Below are positions 1 to 14,133 of a stretch of 64,000 bases of DNA, in pieces (position 1 is the first letter of the stretch; every line of letters begins with the position of its first letter). The stretch comes from Lama glama. Taxonomy: Eukaryota. The DNA lies in the NCBI GenBank assembly GCA_028534125.1, contig CM052816.1, positions 65,288,001-65,352,000 of the forward strand, in the 5' to 3' direction. Under the pieces are notes generated by a model. The model made no database searches and had not been told where the DNA came from. It was given only the letters and a program-made list of their open reading frames with translations. A program made the position numbers and the translations under genes.

Positions 1-379
1 GAATTCTGCATTTCTCACAAGCTCCTACATGATTCTGAGGCTTCTGGTCCCCATCCTCTGAGGGGCAAGGATGTAAATGCTTTCAGCAATAGTGACTTTG
101 AAAATTGTTTGCTATTTTCTGTTTTCTTTGGATGTCCATTTTTGTATCCACTCAAATGTACCCTAGATGCAAGAATTTTTTTAATACACATTGGAGAATA
201 ATTATAAGTCCACTTGGCAAAGACTCGAATTGGATACATTTTAAATTTAAATGCTTCAGTTTCTTTCCCCACGTGTTGTGTATTCCTAAATCAGTCACAA
301 TGGCTTTATTATCTATCCCTTTTTCATCAAATAGGAAAGTAGTGCTCCTTGGAATTTACTTACTTCCCAGTCTTTATCC

Positions 380-1230
380 TCCATAATACATTAAATCACC
401 TCCCCCTTCCAGAAAAACTCACCTTGTTTTCTGCCCTCTGTGGTTGTGAGTGTTCAGTTCTCACCCCCGAAGTCATACCTGGATTCTGTCGTCTGGCATC
501 TCCTCGTCTCTCTCACTCTCTTCTTGGGAACTCCCATCCATCCACTGCCACAGATTCCATTGTTACTTCAAGCCTTTGGAATCACTCCCTGATCAATGTC
601 TTTTGTCTTGAAGGTTTCCCTAAGTTTTAGTCTTGCATGTTTAATGGGTCCGATATTTATGAACTGCCTGCCCTTCAAACTCAACATGTTGAAAACCAAA
701 GTCCTCATACTTCTTACTTCCAGACCCCAGGCCAACAACCACAAGTTATTTTACTCTATTTATCAAAACTTTCAGTGACTTTGTTTGCTGTAGAATACAT
801 CTCTAACTCCTCAGTCTGATGTTGAAAACCCTCCTCTCTCTAACCTCAGCCTTTTTTTTTTCTATCCATATCTTCCATTGCTTTTCAATATGTGGCTGAC
901 TTAAGTTAGTAAACATCCTCCTGTTTCCAGAACATGCATTGGCATTCCAGCCTTCATGCTGTTTTTGTGCTGAATCGAACACCCTTACAGCAACCTTTGC
1001 CTACCCAAATGTTACGTATTTCTCAAGGCCTACGTGCAGTGCTACATCCTCTCTGGTACATTCTCTATCCCCCCACCTGACAGGAACTCCTCCACCTCTG
1101 CACTGCTGTGACATGTGTTCCATGCTAGTTAGTTGGCATCTCACACTGTGTTCTGTGTTAGAAATCTCATAAAACGTCTGCCATCTGAGATCCTAAGTCC
1201 TCCAGGCTTCTGGCGTCACTACTTTGTTTA
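380..1230 (+). mobile_element. Old L2 LINE fragments (approximate limits)
   Basis: Degenerate pyrimidine-rich sequence with L2-like phrases (tcaaactcaacatgttgaaaaccaaagtcctcat; cctcctgtttccagaacatgc); recognised by eye only. Confidence 0.5.
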
Positions 1231-2069
1231 GCAGCTAAAGAATATGGCTCAGGCCCCATCCCTTGGAATGAGCAACTCTGAATTCCTTCCTTCCCTTTTA
1301 GGCTCAGTCCTCTACTACCCTGAGGGGAAGGGAGAGTTGCCGCCTATCTGTTCCAAGCCATTCGCTCTACAATTCGATTCTCTTCACTTACTCTGGTCCC
1401 AGCAGCTGCTTCTAGCTCTGACTTCAGCCTCTGCTTTCTTCCCGTTGGCCACTGTCTGGAACTTCAGGACTCCACTTCTTTTCCATCACTACCCACACCA
1501 CCACTAGCAGCAGGTTGAAACTTACTGAAAACTTTGGGATAATACAGGCTAATTAATTATAGCACAACTGGGTCAACTGGAATTTAAATGATAGAATCAG
1601 AGCTTTGTCTTCTATCAGACACTCCCTGACCAAGTCTGTCACGAACACGGAGCTCCCCATCTCCAGACTTTTCATCTCTCGTCTCCTCTCCCAGGGTCTT
1701 AACTCTCCTATAGTGCCGAAATTCAATTTACTTCTTCATGCAGAATGTTTCATCATTTTTGTGGATTAAAACTTCCTTGTTTAGATTATATATAAAAGAA
1801 TTTCACCTTCCATAATCACATAGGTTTTTAAGTGTTTTCTAAGCTTGATAGCAGTTCTGTCCCTTAGGAATTCTGCAGTCCTGAAACTATCTTGGGTTAG
1901 CCAGATCAATGTAAGCTAAATAACCACGGTGCAGTGAGATAGGCAAAATTATCATCCACTTAATTTTGGATATGTCTCATTTTTTTCCATTTAGGTTGAA
2001 AACATATTGAGGAAAGGACCATATAGCTCTAAACATTTCATTTATCACAATATTGGGGAAAAAAACAGA

Positions 2070-2245
2070 GTTGAAATCCTTAGTTCATCAAGTATGAAGT
2101 TTGTGACTTTGGGCAAGTAATTTTTCTTGGGGATCCTCAGCTTCCTTACCTGTAAAGTAAGTATAATAGTATCTACCTCATATAAATGTAAGGATTTAGA
2201 TAATTTCTGTAAAGTCATTTAGAGTCCTGGCACACAATAGGAACC
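2070..2245. mobile_element. MIR SINE
   Basis: MIR core-like gtgactttgggcaagtaat...cctcagcttccttacctgtaaagt...aatagtatctacctcata...cctggcacacaatagg. Confidence 0.7.
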
Positions 2246-4112
2246 CTGTTCTTAGTACAAGTTTTAAATATTTGTTGAAAGTAAAAAGGTTACTCCAGTG
2301 AGCTCTATTAAACTTTGAGTTGGGTACTGTGTTTATTGCAGGATCCCAGAAGTTACCTGATACTCTGATTTTCCTGTCTCAGTATTGTCAAGTTTACTCT
2401 GGAGTCAGTTCCATAGAGTTCTACCCTTAATTGAAGAGACAGGAAATCAAGACTTTAAAACGTTCAGTGTTAAGACGAAATGACACATTAGTTTAGAGAC
2501 ATATCAGTAATTATGGAAGTGTCTTCTCAAATTGTAATGTTTTCCTCTGCCTTAGTGTTAGCAATCAAAACCACTGAATTAATCTGAGCAGGGTCAGGAC
2601 TTTGGATCTGAGGAAAATCACTTGAATTTGAGGCATTATGTGTGCAGTACAAGATGTTCCAGCTGTAGATTCTCTGAATCCTGTTTAAAAGCAATGATGC
2701 AGGGGACCAGATACCCACTTCCAGATCTGAGTCCCATGAAGTTTGGACAGGCCTCCACATACCTAATGCTGCTCCCAGAAAGAAGGGATTCTCATAGTTT
2801 CTAGAAGGATTAGCAACTATCTGGGGGTGAGGGATGGGTAGTGAAAACTGGGATGTGGAAATTTCCATCATGCCCTGAAATTGCACAAAACCCTTCTGCA
2901 GGAAATGTTCACTAGAGTTTTCCCAATTTTATTGACTATCTCTTACTGAAACGCTTTTTCCTCCACATTTGAATTTTCTCCATCTTAAAGTACAACAAAG
3001 AAGCAACTTGGTACTGATAGCCTCTCCAAATTCCCCCAAGTCGGAATAAATCACCATTTCCTCCTCTATATTCCTAGAGCATAAAAATGCTTATCAGAAT
3101 CTTTGGTCACTGACGATGGTGGGAGGTCAGTATTGTGTAACGCCTTAAAGCTCAAACCTAAAAGTCAGATTTCCACTTACCAGCTGTTTGATCCTGGGTT
3201 AAATAACCCAATTCTGCATCAGTTTTCTCCCTGGTATTTCCCAGGGATTCCTCCTGTAACATTAGGTGGAAGGCTCTTCTATAGCAGTGATCATATTTAC
3301 ATGGTCATGAAAGTCATAATGGGTATGCTTTCAATATGTGATTTTTCTAAACATGAATGTTTTCTAAGAGTAAAGTAGCTTTTAATGCTATAATTTAGAA
3401 TGTGTGGCAAGATCAGAGAAGCGTGTAAACCAAAGTACTCAACATACCTTTGTAACTTTAATTTACTTTTTTACATAGCAAAATAAGCCTAAATAAACTT
3501 TGAAAAAAATGGAAATGATCTGAAGCATAATTTAAGCCTCAGAATTTTCATATATGAAGTTTTCCTTGCACAAACATGTCAGCAGGCAAAATGGGAAAGA
3601 TAGGTAAAAACTTTTGCAGAATTCTCTCTTTTGGAAAAGTATTACAGAGATTAAAATTCATATTTCCTCAAGATGTCTAATTTGTGAATGGCAAAACATG
3701 GAACATTTCATCTCAAATGTTTTTTTGTTCCCTTCTGAAAACTTTTTTTTAAAGGTGACAAGAGTAAGAATCTCTGAAATATTAGAAATACGTCACATTT
3801 GTTATGGCCGTCACCGTGATCTTGAATAAAGCTTTTTTTTTTTTTTTAAATTTGTTTCTCTTGCTTGGAACCTAAAACACCCAGTACTTTAACATATAAA
3901 CAAAAGTTCGTTTAGCCATATTTCTGCACAGTGTTGCTCAAAACGATCATTTTTTTCAATGACTCTAAATAAAATTCCTGCTTCTCCTTCTGAGTACAGT
4001 GTAACTAGCACCCACTCCTTAAGCAAAGGTACATCCATGCCACCTGGTTTTCTTCACCTTTCTCAGTGCAGATAACAATGGAAGAGTTCAGATCCCAGGA
4101 TAAAATTGACTC

Positions 4113-4462
4113 TGTATTAGTTTTCCAAGGCTACCACAACAAATTATCACAATATAGATGACTTTAAGCAACAGAAGTTTATTCTCTCACAGTTCTGGAG
4201 ACCAGAAGCCTGAAATCAAGGTGTCAGCAAGACTTGTTCCTCCTGGAGGCTTTAGAGGAGGTTCCCTTTCTTGTCACTCTCCTAGCTTCTGATGACTCTG
4301 GGCGTTCCTTGGCTTGTGGAGGTGAAACCATCATCTCTGCCTCTGTCATCATATGCCTTTTCTCTCTGTGTTTCTCCTCTTCCTTTATCTTCTATTCTAA
4401 GGGCACATCATTAAATTTAAGGATCACCCTAGTTCAAGATGCTATCTCAAGATCCTTAACTT
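4113..4462 (-). mobile_element. MaLR MLT1 (MLT1B/C-like) solo LTR, left piece (3' part of the LTR), interrupted by the SET retrocopy
   Basis: Begins tgtattagttttccaaggctacc...acagaagtttattctctcacagttctggagaccagaagcctgaaatcaaggtgtcagca, typical of MLT1; the consensus resumes after 6466. Confidence 0.85.
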
Positions 4463-4685
4463 TTTTTTCTTTGTGTACACATTTAATTTTATTGTAACAA
4501 AGCAACTTGTACACTTTTAACGTTTAAAACTGAGCATCATCTTTCCTTTCCAGTGAAACAAAAAGAAAAATTTAAAAATAAAACAGGAACAAAATTACAA
4601 TAGAGAATGTCAATTGCAAATAAGATCCTACAGGTTCTGCTGATTCTCCCATCGAGTGGCAGGGCTCAAGTCATCATTAGGAGAG

Positions 4686-5185
4686 NNNNNNNNNNNNNNN
4701 NNNNNNNNNNNNNNNNNNNNNNNNNNNNNNNNNNNNNNNNNNNNNNNNNNNNNNNNNNNNNNNNNNNNNNNNNNNNNNNNNNNNNNNNNNNNNNNNNNNN
4801 NNNNNNNNNNNNNNNNNNNNNNNNNNNNNNNNNNNNNNNNNNNNNNNNNNNNNNNNNNNNNNNNNNNNNNNNNNNNNNNNNNNNNNNNNNNNNNNNNNNN
4901 NNNNNNNNNNNNNNNNNNNNNNNNNNNNNNNNNNNNNNNNNNNNNNNNNNNNNNNNNNNNNNNNNNNNNNNNNNNNNNNNNNNNNNNNNNNNNNNNNNNN
5001 NNNNNNNNNNNNNNNNNNNNNNNNNNNNNNNNNNNNNNNNNNNNNNNNNNNNNNNNNNNNNNNNNNNNNNNNNNNNNNNNNNNNNNNNNNNNNNNNNNNN
5101 NNNNNNNNNNNNNNNNNNNNNNNNNNNNNNNNNNNNNNNNNNNNNNNNNNNNNNNNNNNNNNNNNNNNNNNNNNNNNNNNNNNNN
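4686..5185. other. Assembly gap (500 N)
   Basis: Run of exactly 500 N inside the SET retrocopy 3'UTR. Confidence 1.
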
Positions 5186-5508
5186 TTCCAGCAGAGCTAA
5201 GGGAGCAGAAGGTTTTTCTTTTTTCCCACAGAGCATGGTGGTGTTGATTCCATAAAGTTTTTGTTAAGACAGGAAGGGATAAAAATGAATTTGGAACAGA
5301 AAGGGGTAGAGATTCTTTTCCCACTGAATTCTGCTCAAGGTATTTCCCCCCAAAACAAGATGAGAACCATGGTAAAAAGGAGAAAAGAGACCTCAAAAAC
5401 AGGGCGACTGAGCACAAGAGGAGAAAAAAAAAAAAATAAAAAGACTGCAATTTGCTCCCAGGGACTGGAGAAAATTTTTAAAAAAGGTTGGAATCCATCA
5501 GTGTTCCG

Positions 5509-6405
<897 letters not shown>

Positions 6406-6449
6406 CTAACCTAGTGGAGATGCACGTCGAGAGAGCTGGGAGAACTAAC

Positions 6450-6559
6450 CTCAAGATCCTTAACTTAATTGCATCTACAAGATCCTTTTCCAAATAAGTT
6501 CACATTCATGGGTTCCAGGTGGACGTATCTTTCATGGGGTCAATTTTCAATCGACTACA
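6450..6559 (-). mobile_element. MaLR MLT1 solo LTR, right piece (5' part of the LTR)
   Basis: ctcaagatccttaacttaattgcatctacaagatccttttccaaataagttcacattcatgggttccaggtggacgtatct...tcgactaca continues the MLT1 consensus to its terminus. Confidence 0.85.
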
Positions 6560-7456
6560 GGGTCCTTTGGACTAAGGGTAACTTTGCTTTTATTGAGATG
6601 TACCAGGCACCAAGGCTGTATTTGCGTGAAATCAACATTTCTCCAGCAGTATTTGACTGCATTGTTCAAGCTAACATTATGACTTCCAAACAGAGATAGC
6701 TACAGCTTCCTTATTCATTGACTTTGAAGAGAAGCATTTTCCTAGAGAAGAGGTATCCAATCCCTTTGTGGCCTTTTTGGTAAGGTGTGCTTGTCTTGTA
6801 CAGTAACTACACCTAGAGTCAGATCCACTGGTAGTCCATCCGGGCGCCATGTTAGAGAAACTGTCTCCAAATGTGATGGGAATAAGTATGTATTTAAAGC
6901 ATTTCAGAGACAAGTGCACTTGCACATTATTAACCAAGTGGCCATGTGCTTGCCTAAATCTTTTCACATTTTCAGACAAAGCTTATTGGAGAAAATGTCA
7001 TTAAAGAGAACATAATGTCTAACGTTTAGGATTCTTTGGAGCAGGGACCAATTTTTGAAAAAATAAAAGATTGTAGACACAATATCCTTAAACTGTTCAA
7101 AAGTTTTGTGCCAAAGGCTATTTTTAAAAGTTAATCAAAATGGAATGGGTGTGAATGTGGTTATGTTTTGATACAAAGAATTGACCTAAAAAAGAAAAAA
7201 GGTAGAAATGGGTATAGATGAGATTCCTTTTCTCTAGATAGAAAAAGACACACATAAGATTCCGCAGGGATTGCTAAGACCAATATTATAATTTATCTGA
7301 GGACTGTGGAGGTACAGTAAAGATGTCTAAACTTCTTCAAGATTATACTTTGCTGGACTGTACTAAGCTAAGCTGGTATGAATAACGAGTTTTAAAAGGA
7401 GATTAATTTTCATGTGAATGCATACATCTGTGCATTTGCAGATTGTAAAAAAGTAA

Positions 7457-7477
7457 ATATGTGTGTGTGTGTGTGTG

Positions 7478-7513
<36 letters not shown>

Positions 7514-7527
7514 TACAGAGAGAGAGT
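7457..7527. repeat. Compound microsatellite (GT)9(AT)5(AC)12 followed by (AG)n
   Basis: Read directly. Confidence 0.95.
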
Positions 7528-10184
7528 CTTTAAATATATCTATCTTTTCATGACCCAGAAAAGAATCCTTATTTGAACTCTTACTGTAGTCAAAAATGTT
7601 AATGCCCACTAAAGTTTTGACTTTGCTTCATTTTGGGGATGGCAATTATAAAAATGAGCAAGGCTGTTTGACTTATGAGAGATGTAGAAGTCCAGACCTT
7701 TGAGGGTGTCAAATGCTATCAGAAAAGATAAAGAGTGAGACAGAGGTAGTTCCAGGAGTAGGAAGGAAGATTTGTGGCCTGGCATCAGTCCAATAATATT
7801 TGTTTTATTTCATCCTTTTGCAGGACATACAAAGTGCCACGGGGTCAGGGAAGGTGGTCGACAAGCTTCTTCCATCATTTCCATCCTTTATTCCTCCCTA
7901 CTGTTTAAAGCTCCAAAGGTGTGAACTTCTTTCTCCATCAGACCCATATACAAAGAATTGTTCTTGAAGGAGAATTTCATATCCGTCTTTTCATTTTTAA
8001 TATCTGGTCTTGGTGCTTATTTACTAAGTCCCCTTGATAGACTTCTGGGTCAACTTAGGGTACAGATCAACCCAGAAAATGTGGTGCTGAGCCCTCCAAA
8101 TGTTTACTTTGGTCAAACTCGGTATTCATGCCATCATATTCGCTTTCCCACTGGTCGCATCATACAGCTTACTACTTTGTCACCTGATTCAAATCCACTG
8201 AACATTATTCAGTCTGAAAATTTACTTTTATACCAATCACATAAACAAAATGAGATACAATTTAAGAAATCAGCTCATAACATTTACAATTAAATTCATT
8301 AATCAAGGCAGTTTATGGAAATGCCACATGCAAACTGTAAACTTCATAAATATTCAAGCACTGAATAACTAGACAATCACATTTCTTAGTAATAAATGCT
8401 TCATCTTGGTGGCTTTATTTCAGTATGAGGAATGTAGAACATTCTTGTCTATCAGCTTGAATTCTTATTTTGAAACTTTTTAAACCATGCATATCATCAA
8501 AAAAGAACCTTTGTTTTGGGGACATTTCTATTCCCATATGTTCTCTGTTTACCTTCCTCTCTGGATTTAAGTGCCTTGATACTAATTAGCACCTGCACCT
8601 GAATTCAGGAAGCAGCACTTGAATCAAACTCAAGGTCTTTGAAGGGAAAAAAATACCAAGTTCCAAGATTTCTAGGTAATAAATATGGACAATATACTTT
8701 GCTGATGTTCTGACTCACAGGTGCCTTCTTAAAGTATGAGAATTTATGTGCACTTTCTTCTGGTGTACACAAATGTACCACACTGGTAGCTTCATACTAT
8801 ATACTGCAAGTTACTTTGTCTGGTTGCCGGTTTACATTCTATTACAAGAATTTCATTGAACAAATGCAGGATGGTATTTACCATGTTCACATTGTATGTT
8901 TATGAATTAGTTTTACTTACTAGGTTTAGGAAGAGAGAGAAGAGAGGCTCAAAGAGGCCCTGGTAGTCATGTGAGACTTTGCATCTGAGGGAATCTTTGA
9001 ACTGGACCTTGAAAGATGCTTTAAGAGATCAAAGAGAGAAAGAAAATAGACAGAAAAGGTTAGGTAGGAGTAGAAGGGAAAAAAATGTGTTGTAAAATAG
9101 GGGCAGATTATGGAGGGGAGGATGATTTTAGGCAGAGGGGAACTACAGTTTAAATGCTCTCAAATGCATACATGTCATCAAACTAGCAAAATTCACTCAC
9201 TCTTCAATTTCAAATGTTACCAACTTCTACATAAACTGACGCCTCTCTCTTCTATGCTGCCATATCTCAGTTATGGCAGTCACCTATGTATTTTCTAATT
9301 GTTGCAAACCTGTTTTCCAACTGGACAGTTGAAGGCAGAGCCCATGGGTTTTCATGTTCCTCTTTTGAGGATGACTCACCCTCTAGTATTCCTATACTGA
9401 AGGCCAGCCCACCTCGCTTTGAATACTTCCAATGACTCATTACTTCACAAAGCAGCCTTACCCATTGTTGGAGGACACTGATTGTTATGTGCTCTTTCTT
9501 TATGTCCCATTCATCCGCCCCCTTGGTAATGTCAACAGTGGGTGCTAGTGCTCCTCTGGGATAACATCAGCCTCTTTACTCCACCTGCTTATCAAGTCCC
9601 ATGAATACATAAAGGAGAAACCATAATTCCTGTTACTGATAATTTCTTTCTTCAGTATATCCATCCTTAATTTCATCATCCTTTCCTTATTTTCCACTTC
9701 TTCCTTGCAAATTTCCTCCCTTTTATTCATCCATCAAGTACTCATACAGCAAACAAGCATTTAGAACCAGTCAACAACAGATACAAGTACACAGAATCTT
9801 ACTATTTTTCCAAACGTTGGGTTTTGACATCTGGGTTGTTCATAGTTTTCTGATATTGAAGAATAAGTTAGAAATAGCCGTGATAGTCCAGATACAGTCT
9901 GACCAACACAGAGTACAGTGAAATGACATGTACCCAATGTAAGTGTTCTTTTCACAGTATACTGCAACTTACATAATTAGTGTCAAGATTTTTTTCTTAT
10001 AAAGACCGCTTAAAGCCAGATTTCTTTAATTTTAATTAAAAATTTTTTTCTTTTAACTAAATGTAGAACTTTATATGTATACATGTTGAATTTTAATGTT
10101 TTTGGTTCCTTCTATTCAAAATTTCAAAATAGTTTTTAGTCTGTAATATATTTTATTCTGTTACCCACAAAATTGATAAGCTAG

Positions 10185-10510
10185 CCTTCCTTATCTCCAC
10201 CCAGGTCATTGATAAAAATATAGAACTGAAATGCTGGATTTTATCCAAGTCACAACTCCAAGTTGTTCCCAAGCTATATAGCAACACTCTCTGAATATAG
10301 TATTCAGCCAGCAGCCAGCAGTTAATTCATCCAACAGCACAATCAACCATATCACATTTCACAATTTCATCCATAAGGATGTCATGGAAGGCATCAGAAA
10401 CATGCTGAAATCAATGCCTCTTAAAGATTCCTCAAAAAAAAAAAAAGATTCCTCAGAGCAAAAACTATATAAAAAAAGGAATTGAGGTTAGTTGAATATG
10501 ACTTATTCTG
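10185..10510 (-). mobile_element. L3/CR1 LINE fragment
   Basis: ccaggtcattgataaaaat, tcatccataaggatgtcatggaaggcatcagaaacatgctgaaatc and aaggaattgaggttagttgaatatgacttattct resemble CR1/L3 ORF2 in antisense. Confidence 0.6.
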
Positions 10511-11714
10511 AGTGTTATCTCCAGTGTTTACTGCATACACTTTGAAATAATATCAGTGATATGGTTAATAATCTATTTTTTCCCTTTAGGAATCAATAGT
10601 CTCCAAATCTACCCCATTTCATTTTGTTGACATTTATAAATTCATAACCTCAACTTTTGATTTTAAAAGTTGGGCTTTATGTTTAATAAGACTAAATACC
10701 ACTATTAATATTTTATGAATACATAGTCATTATTATCTTATTCCTTACAGAGAAACAAATTCATGTTTGAAAAAAATGCCTTAATTTTGTATTCAAATTA
10801 TTTTGAACAAGGGACAATATTTTGAGGTTTTTTTATACATGAGATAATGTCTATAATTTATGAAAAAGAGAAGATGTTTGGACTGTGGCTTTGGGAAAGT
10901 TTTCTGTAAGAGAAACTACACTCTAAATGTTTGAAATTAACATTAGTAAAAAAAACACTAAAAATTATTAACTAATCTCTATTTAAACTTTTAAATCAAT
11001 ATTATTAATCATTTCTCAACCATATAGACTTCAGTGATTTCACCTCAAAACAGCCCACAAAAGATATTACTGAGAACTCAGAGTGATGGTACATTATATG
11101 CATTTTATGATTATAATGGAAAAGGTTCTCGTAAATTCAGAAACTGCAATTCTGTGTAATTTAGTATAACTTAATGTCCTTGAGGGTTTGAATTTTTATT
11201 AATACTGATAACTTGTCCATGAAATAGAATATACCTTTTTTTGGAAGATAAAAGTAAGCTCTTATTGGAATCTCAGTTTTGATATTTCTCTCAAACATCT
11301 GGCAAAATGCTCTAAGGAGGATTATTTGAAAGTGTGGCCAGACAAAATTGAAATACCTTTTCTGATTTCCTGTATGTTTTCTGAAGGTTCCCATTTTCTA
11401 GTTTATCCATAGTCTCCTTCAGGAAATCATTCTTCTTGTCCATTACCATTTTCATATCCTTTTTAATTTCATTTTAGCTCATTTTTTAAAATGAGCTGAA
11501 ATGTTTTGAGTTTTCCAATGTAGCTTCAATGCCATTCTCTAAAGATTAATGTTACAATCATTTCTTAGGTTATCAAAAGGATATTAATAGTCATCTTAAA
11601 CCTTTTTATCTTTGGTAACCATGATAATGGTAATATTTCTATTGTTACATTTGATATGCTGCCCAGTTTGAAATGTTGACATAAGAGGAGACTGTGCATG
11701 AGAGGGGATATGAA

Positions 11715-11960
11715 TAATGGTTAACATTAAGTGAAGGTTTTTTGTGTGCTATACACTCTTAGCATTTTGTATACATTACCTCCTTTAATGTTCATACCAA
11801 TTCCATGAGGTAGGCACTTTTGTTATCCCTTTACAGATAAATAAATTGAAGATTAGAGAAGTTAAGTAACTCACCAAATGTCACACAGCTAGTAAGCAGC
11901 AGAGCCAGGATTCAAACCTTGGCCATCTGACTCCAGAGTATGTGCCCTTAACCTCTATTC
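11715..11960. mobile_element. MIR SINE, near full length
   Basis: ccatgaggtaggcacttttgttatcccttttacagat...gttaagtaactcaccaaatgtcacacagctagtaagcagcagagccaggattcaaacc...ctgactccagag. Confidence 0.85.
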
Positions 11961-13564
11961 CATAATGAAGTTAATTTCTAACTTACTGTAGATGTGACAT
12001 ATTACTCGTTCAAAGCCAGGGAGACAAAAGCCACCCTCTAGTTCAGCTGAAGAAAATGTTCCAATATGTATTTTAGCTGCGAACATTAAGAACCTCAAAA
12101 GAGCCCGTTTACACTGAGGGAGAATTATACATCCAGCACTTCAGTCTTTCCCTAGGGTGGTAAAGTCATGTATAGGAACAATAATAGTGATTATGATATA
12201 GAGTTAGTCTTTTCTTTGAAGTATGGGCTTGGGAAATAGCATAAATAAGAATCGCAAATTATTTATTGTTAGATTATCCATTTCAGTATTAGTTATTGTC
12301 TAGGGCCATGCAGGGTTATATAGGTCTTGAACCAGGATAGGATACTGAGGCTAATGACAAACCAAGACACAAGAGCTATGACTCTCCATGAGCCTCATCA
12401 ATGCCCCAGCATAGGTTATTTTCACTAGCACAATATTAAGGTTTTTGTCTGAATTTTATTTATGGATTCAGTGCATGTTTTGAATGTTTAAACAATAAAA
12501 ATTAATTTATATAATCTTAATTCAGTTGTTCTTTCCTGCATCTTCTGTTATCAGAGAAAATTAATTAAAATTTACCATGTGTATTAAAGAAATAGAGATA
12601 TAATATGCCTCATTTAATAAAGGGGCAGTGTTGTTATCAGAAAGCATCTGCTCTGCTACTAAAGAGACCAACACATTTACTAATTAATCTTTGCCAGATT
12701 ACCAACTGGATACCTGTGAAGTTAAAATGTGTGTGCATTTACATGTAAAACCATTTTGAAAAATAAAAATTTTTAAATATTCATTAAATGTCTACTATGT
12801 GCTACACACTGAGCTGAAAAAAAAGAAAAATAGGCAAGTTCTCTCCCTTAAGAAGGAAGAAATATAGCAGTAAATTCATGATTACCATCCAGTGATTTGT
12901 ATGGAACGTTCTTCAAGTACAAATGAAAACTACCTAAATCAGACCAGATAGAAGAATTCCAGATATGACTTTCAAAGTGTATAAATCTGACCTGAATTTC
13001 AGAATAAGCAGTAGTTAGCTAGATGAGGGAAGGCATTTGTTAGTGAAGTATAGTTATAGTTAATCCAGTTTGTTTAATGAAAGAATAAACCCTGTAGAAA
13101 GTCCATGCAGACTGTGTAGTGTGGATTTATTTGGTCTCTAGGAAAGACATGGGTTAGAGGAGGGAAGGTGAGAATTGAGTAATATATCCCTGCTCCAGGC
13201 TCAAGAATATTTTTATAGCCATACTCTAAATAAACACACATCATAAAGCCAAGCTGAAACTCTTAGGTTGGCATTAGCAATTGGCTGTTTCATGGATATA
13301 AACTTAGCAGATTGTCCATGTTATCAATGGTTTAGAGAGTAGTTTGTGAAATCTATCCAGCTATAAAAAGCAAAACTTTTTAATTTCAATTTAACCAGTT
13401 TTCAAAAAAGATGTTGTTGTTACTAAACTCAGCTCTTTTCCCCCAAAGACAGTCTGCTTTCGTTTATGTGGTGTGATGCATATGTATATATATGTGTGTG
13501 TGTTTGTGTTTGAGCCTGTCTATGATATTTGTGTCAGAACAATTTCATTTCCTCAAATATTCCA

Positions 13565-14133
13565 TGTATCAGTTTTCTATTGCTATGTAACATATTACCA
13601 TAAATTTAATGGCTTAAATCACATTTATTATCTTATAGTTTCTGTGGGTCCAGAATCCAGACATTGCTTAGCCAGATCCTTTGAGAAGTTGCAATCAAGG
13701 TATCAGCCAGGGCTCCATTCTCAACTGGAAGCTTGACTGGGGCTGGATCCACTTCCCAGCTCACTTATGTTTTGGCAGCATTAATTTCCTTGCAGCTATG
13801 AGATTGAGTGTCATGGCTTCTTGGTGGCTATTGACTAGAGGTTGCTATCAGCTCCTAGAGGCCATGCTCAGTTCAGTGCTAGGTTGCCCTCTCTGTAGAC
13901 CCTGTAGAACATGGCAGCTCATTTCCTCAAAGCAAAGTAGGAGTGGAGCAAGTTTGCTAGCATGACTTAGTCTCATATATCATAATGTGAAGTGAGCACA
14001 AGAGAGACAGCCCATCACCTTTGCCATATTCTGATTGTTCGAAGCAAGTCACAGTTCATACACACAAGCAAAATGAGGGAATTATACAAAGCTGTGAATA
14101 TCATGGGTGCGACTTTAATGTCTGTCTGCCACA
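13565..14133 (-). mobile_element. MaLR MLT1 (E/F-like) solo LTR
   Basis: TG...CA termini (tgtatcagttttctattgctatgtaac ... gtctgtctgccaca); flanks ttcca/ttcta fit a 5-bp TSD with one mismatch. Confidence 0.8.

Noticed and set aside
4607..5450. ORFs of 197-257 aa spanning 4607-5450
   Set aside because: Artefacts of translating through the 500-N gap; the flanks are SET 3'UTR.
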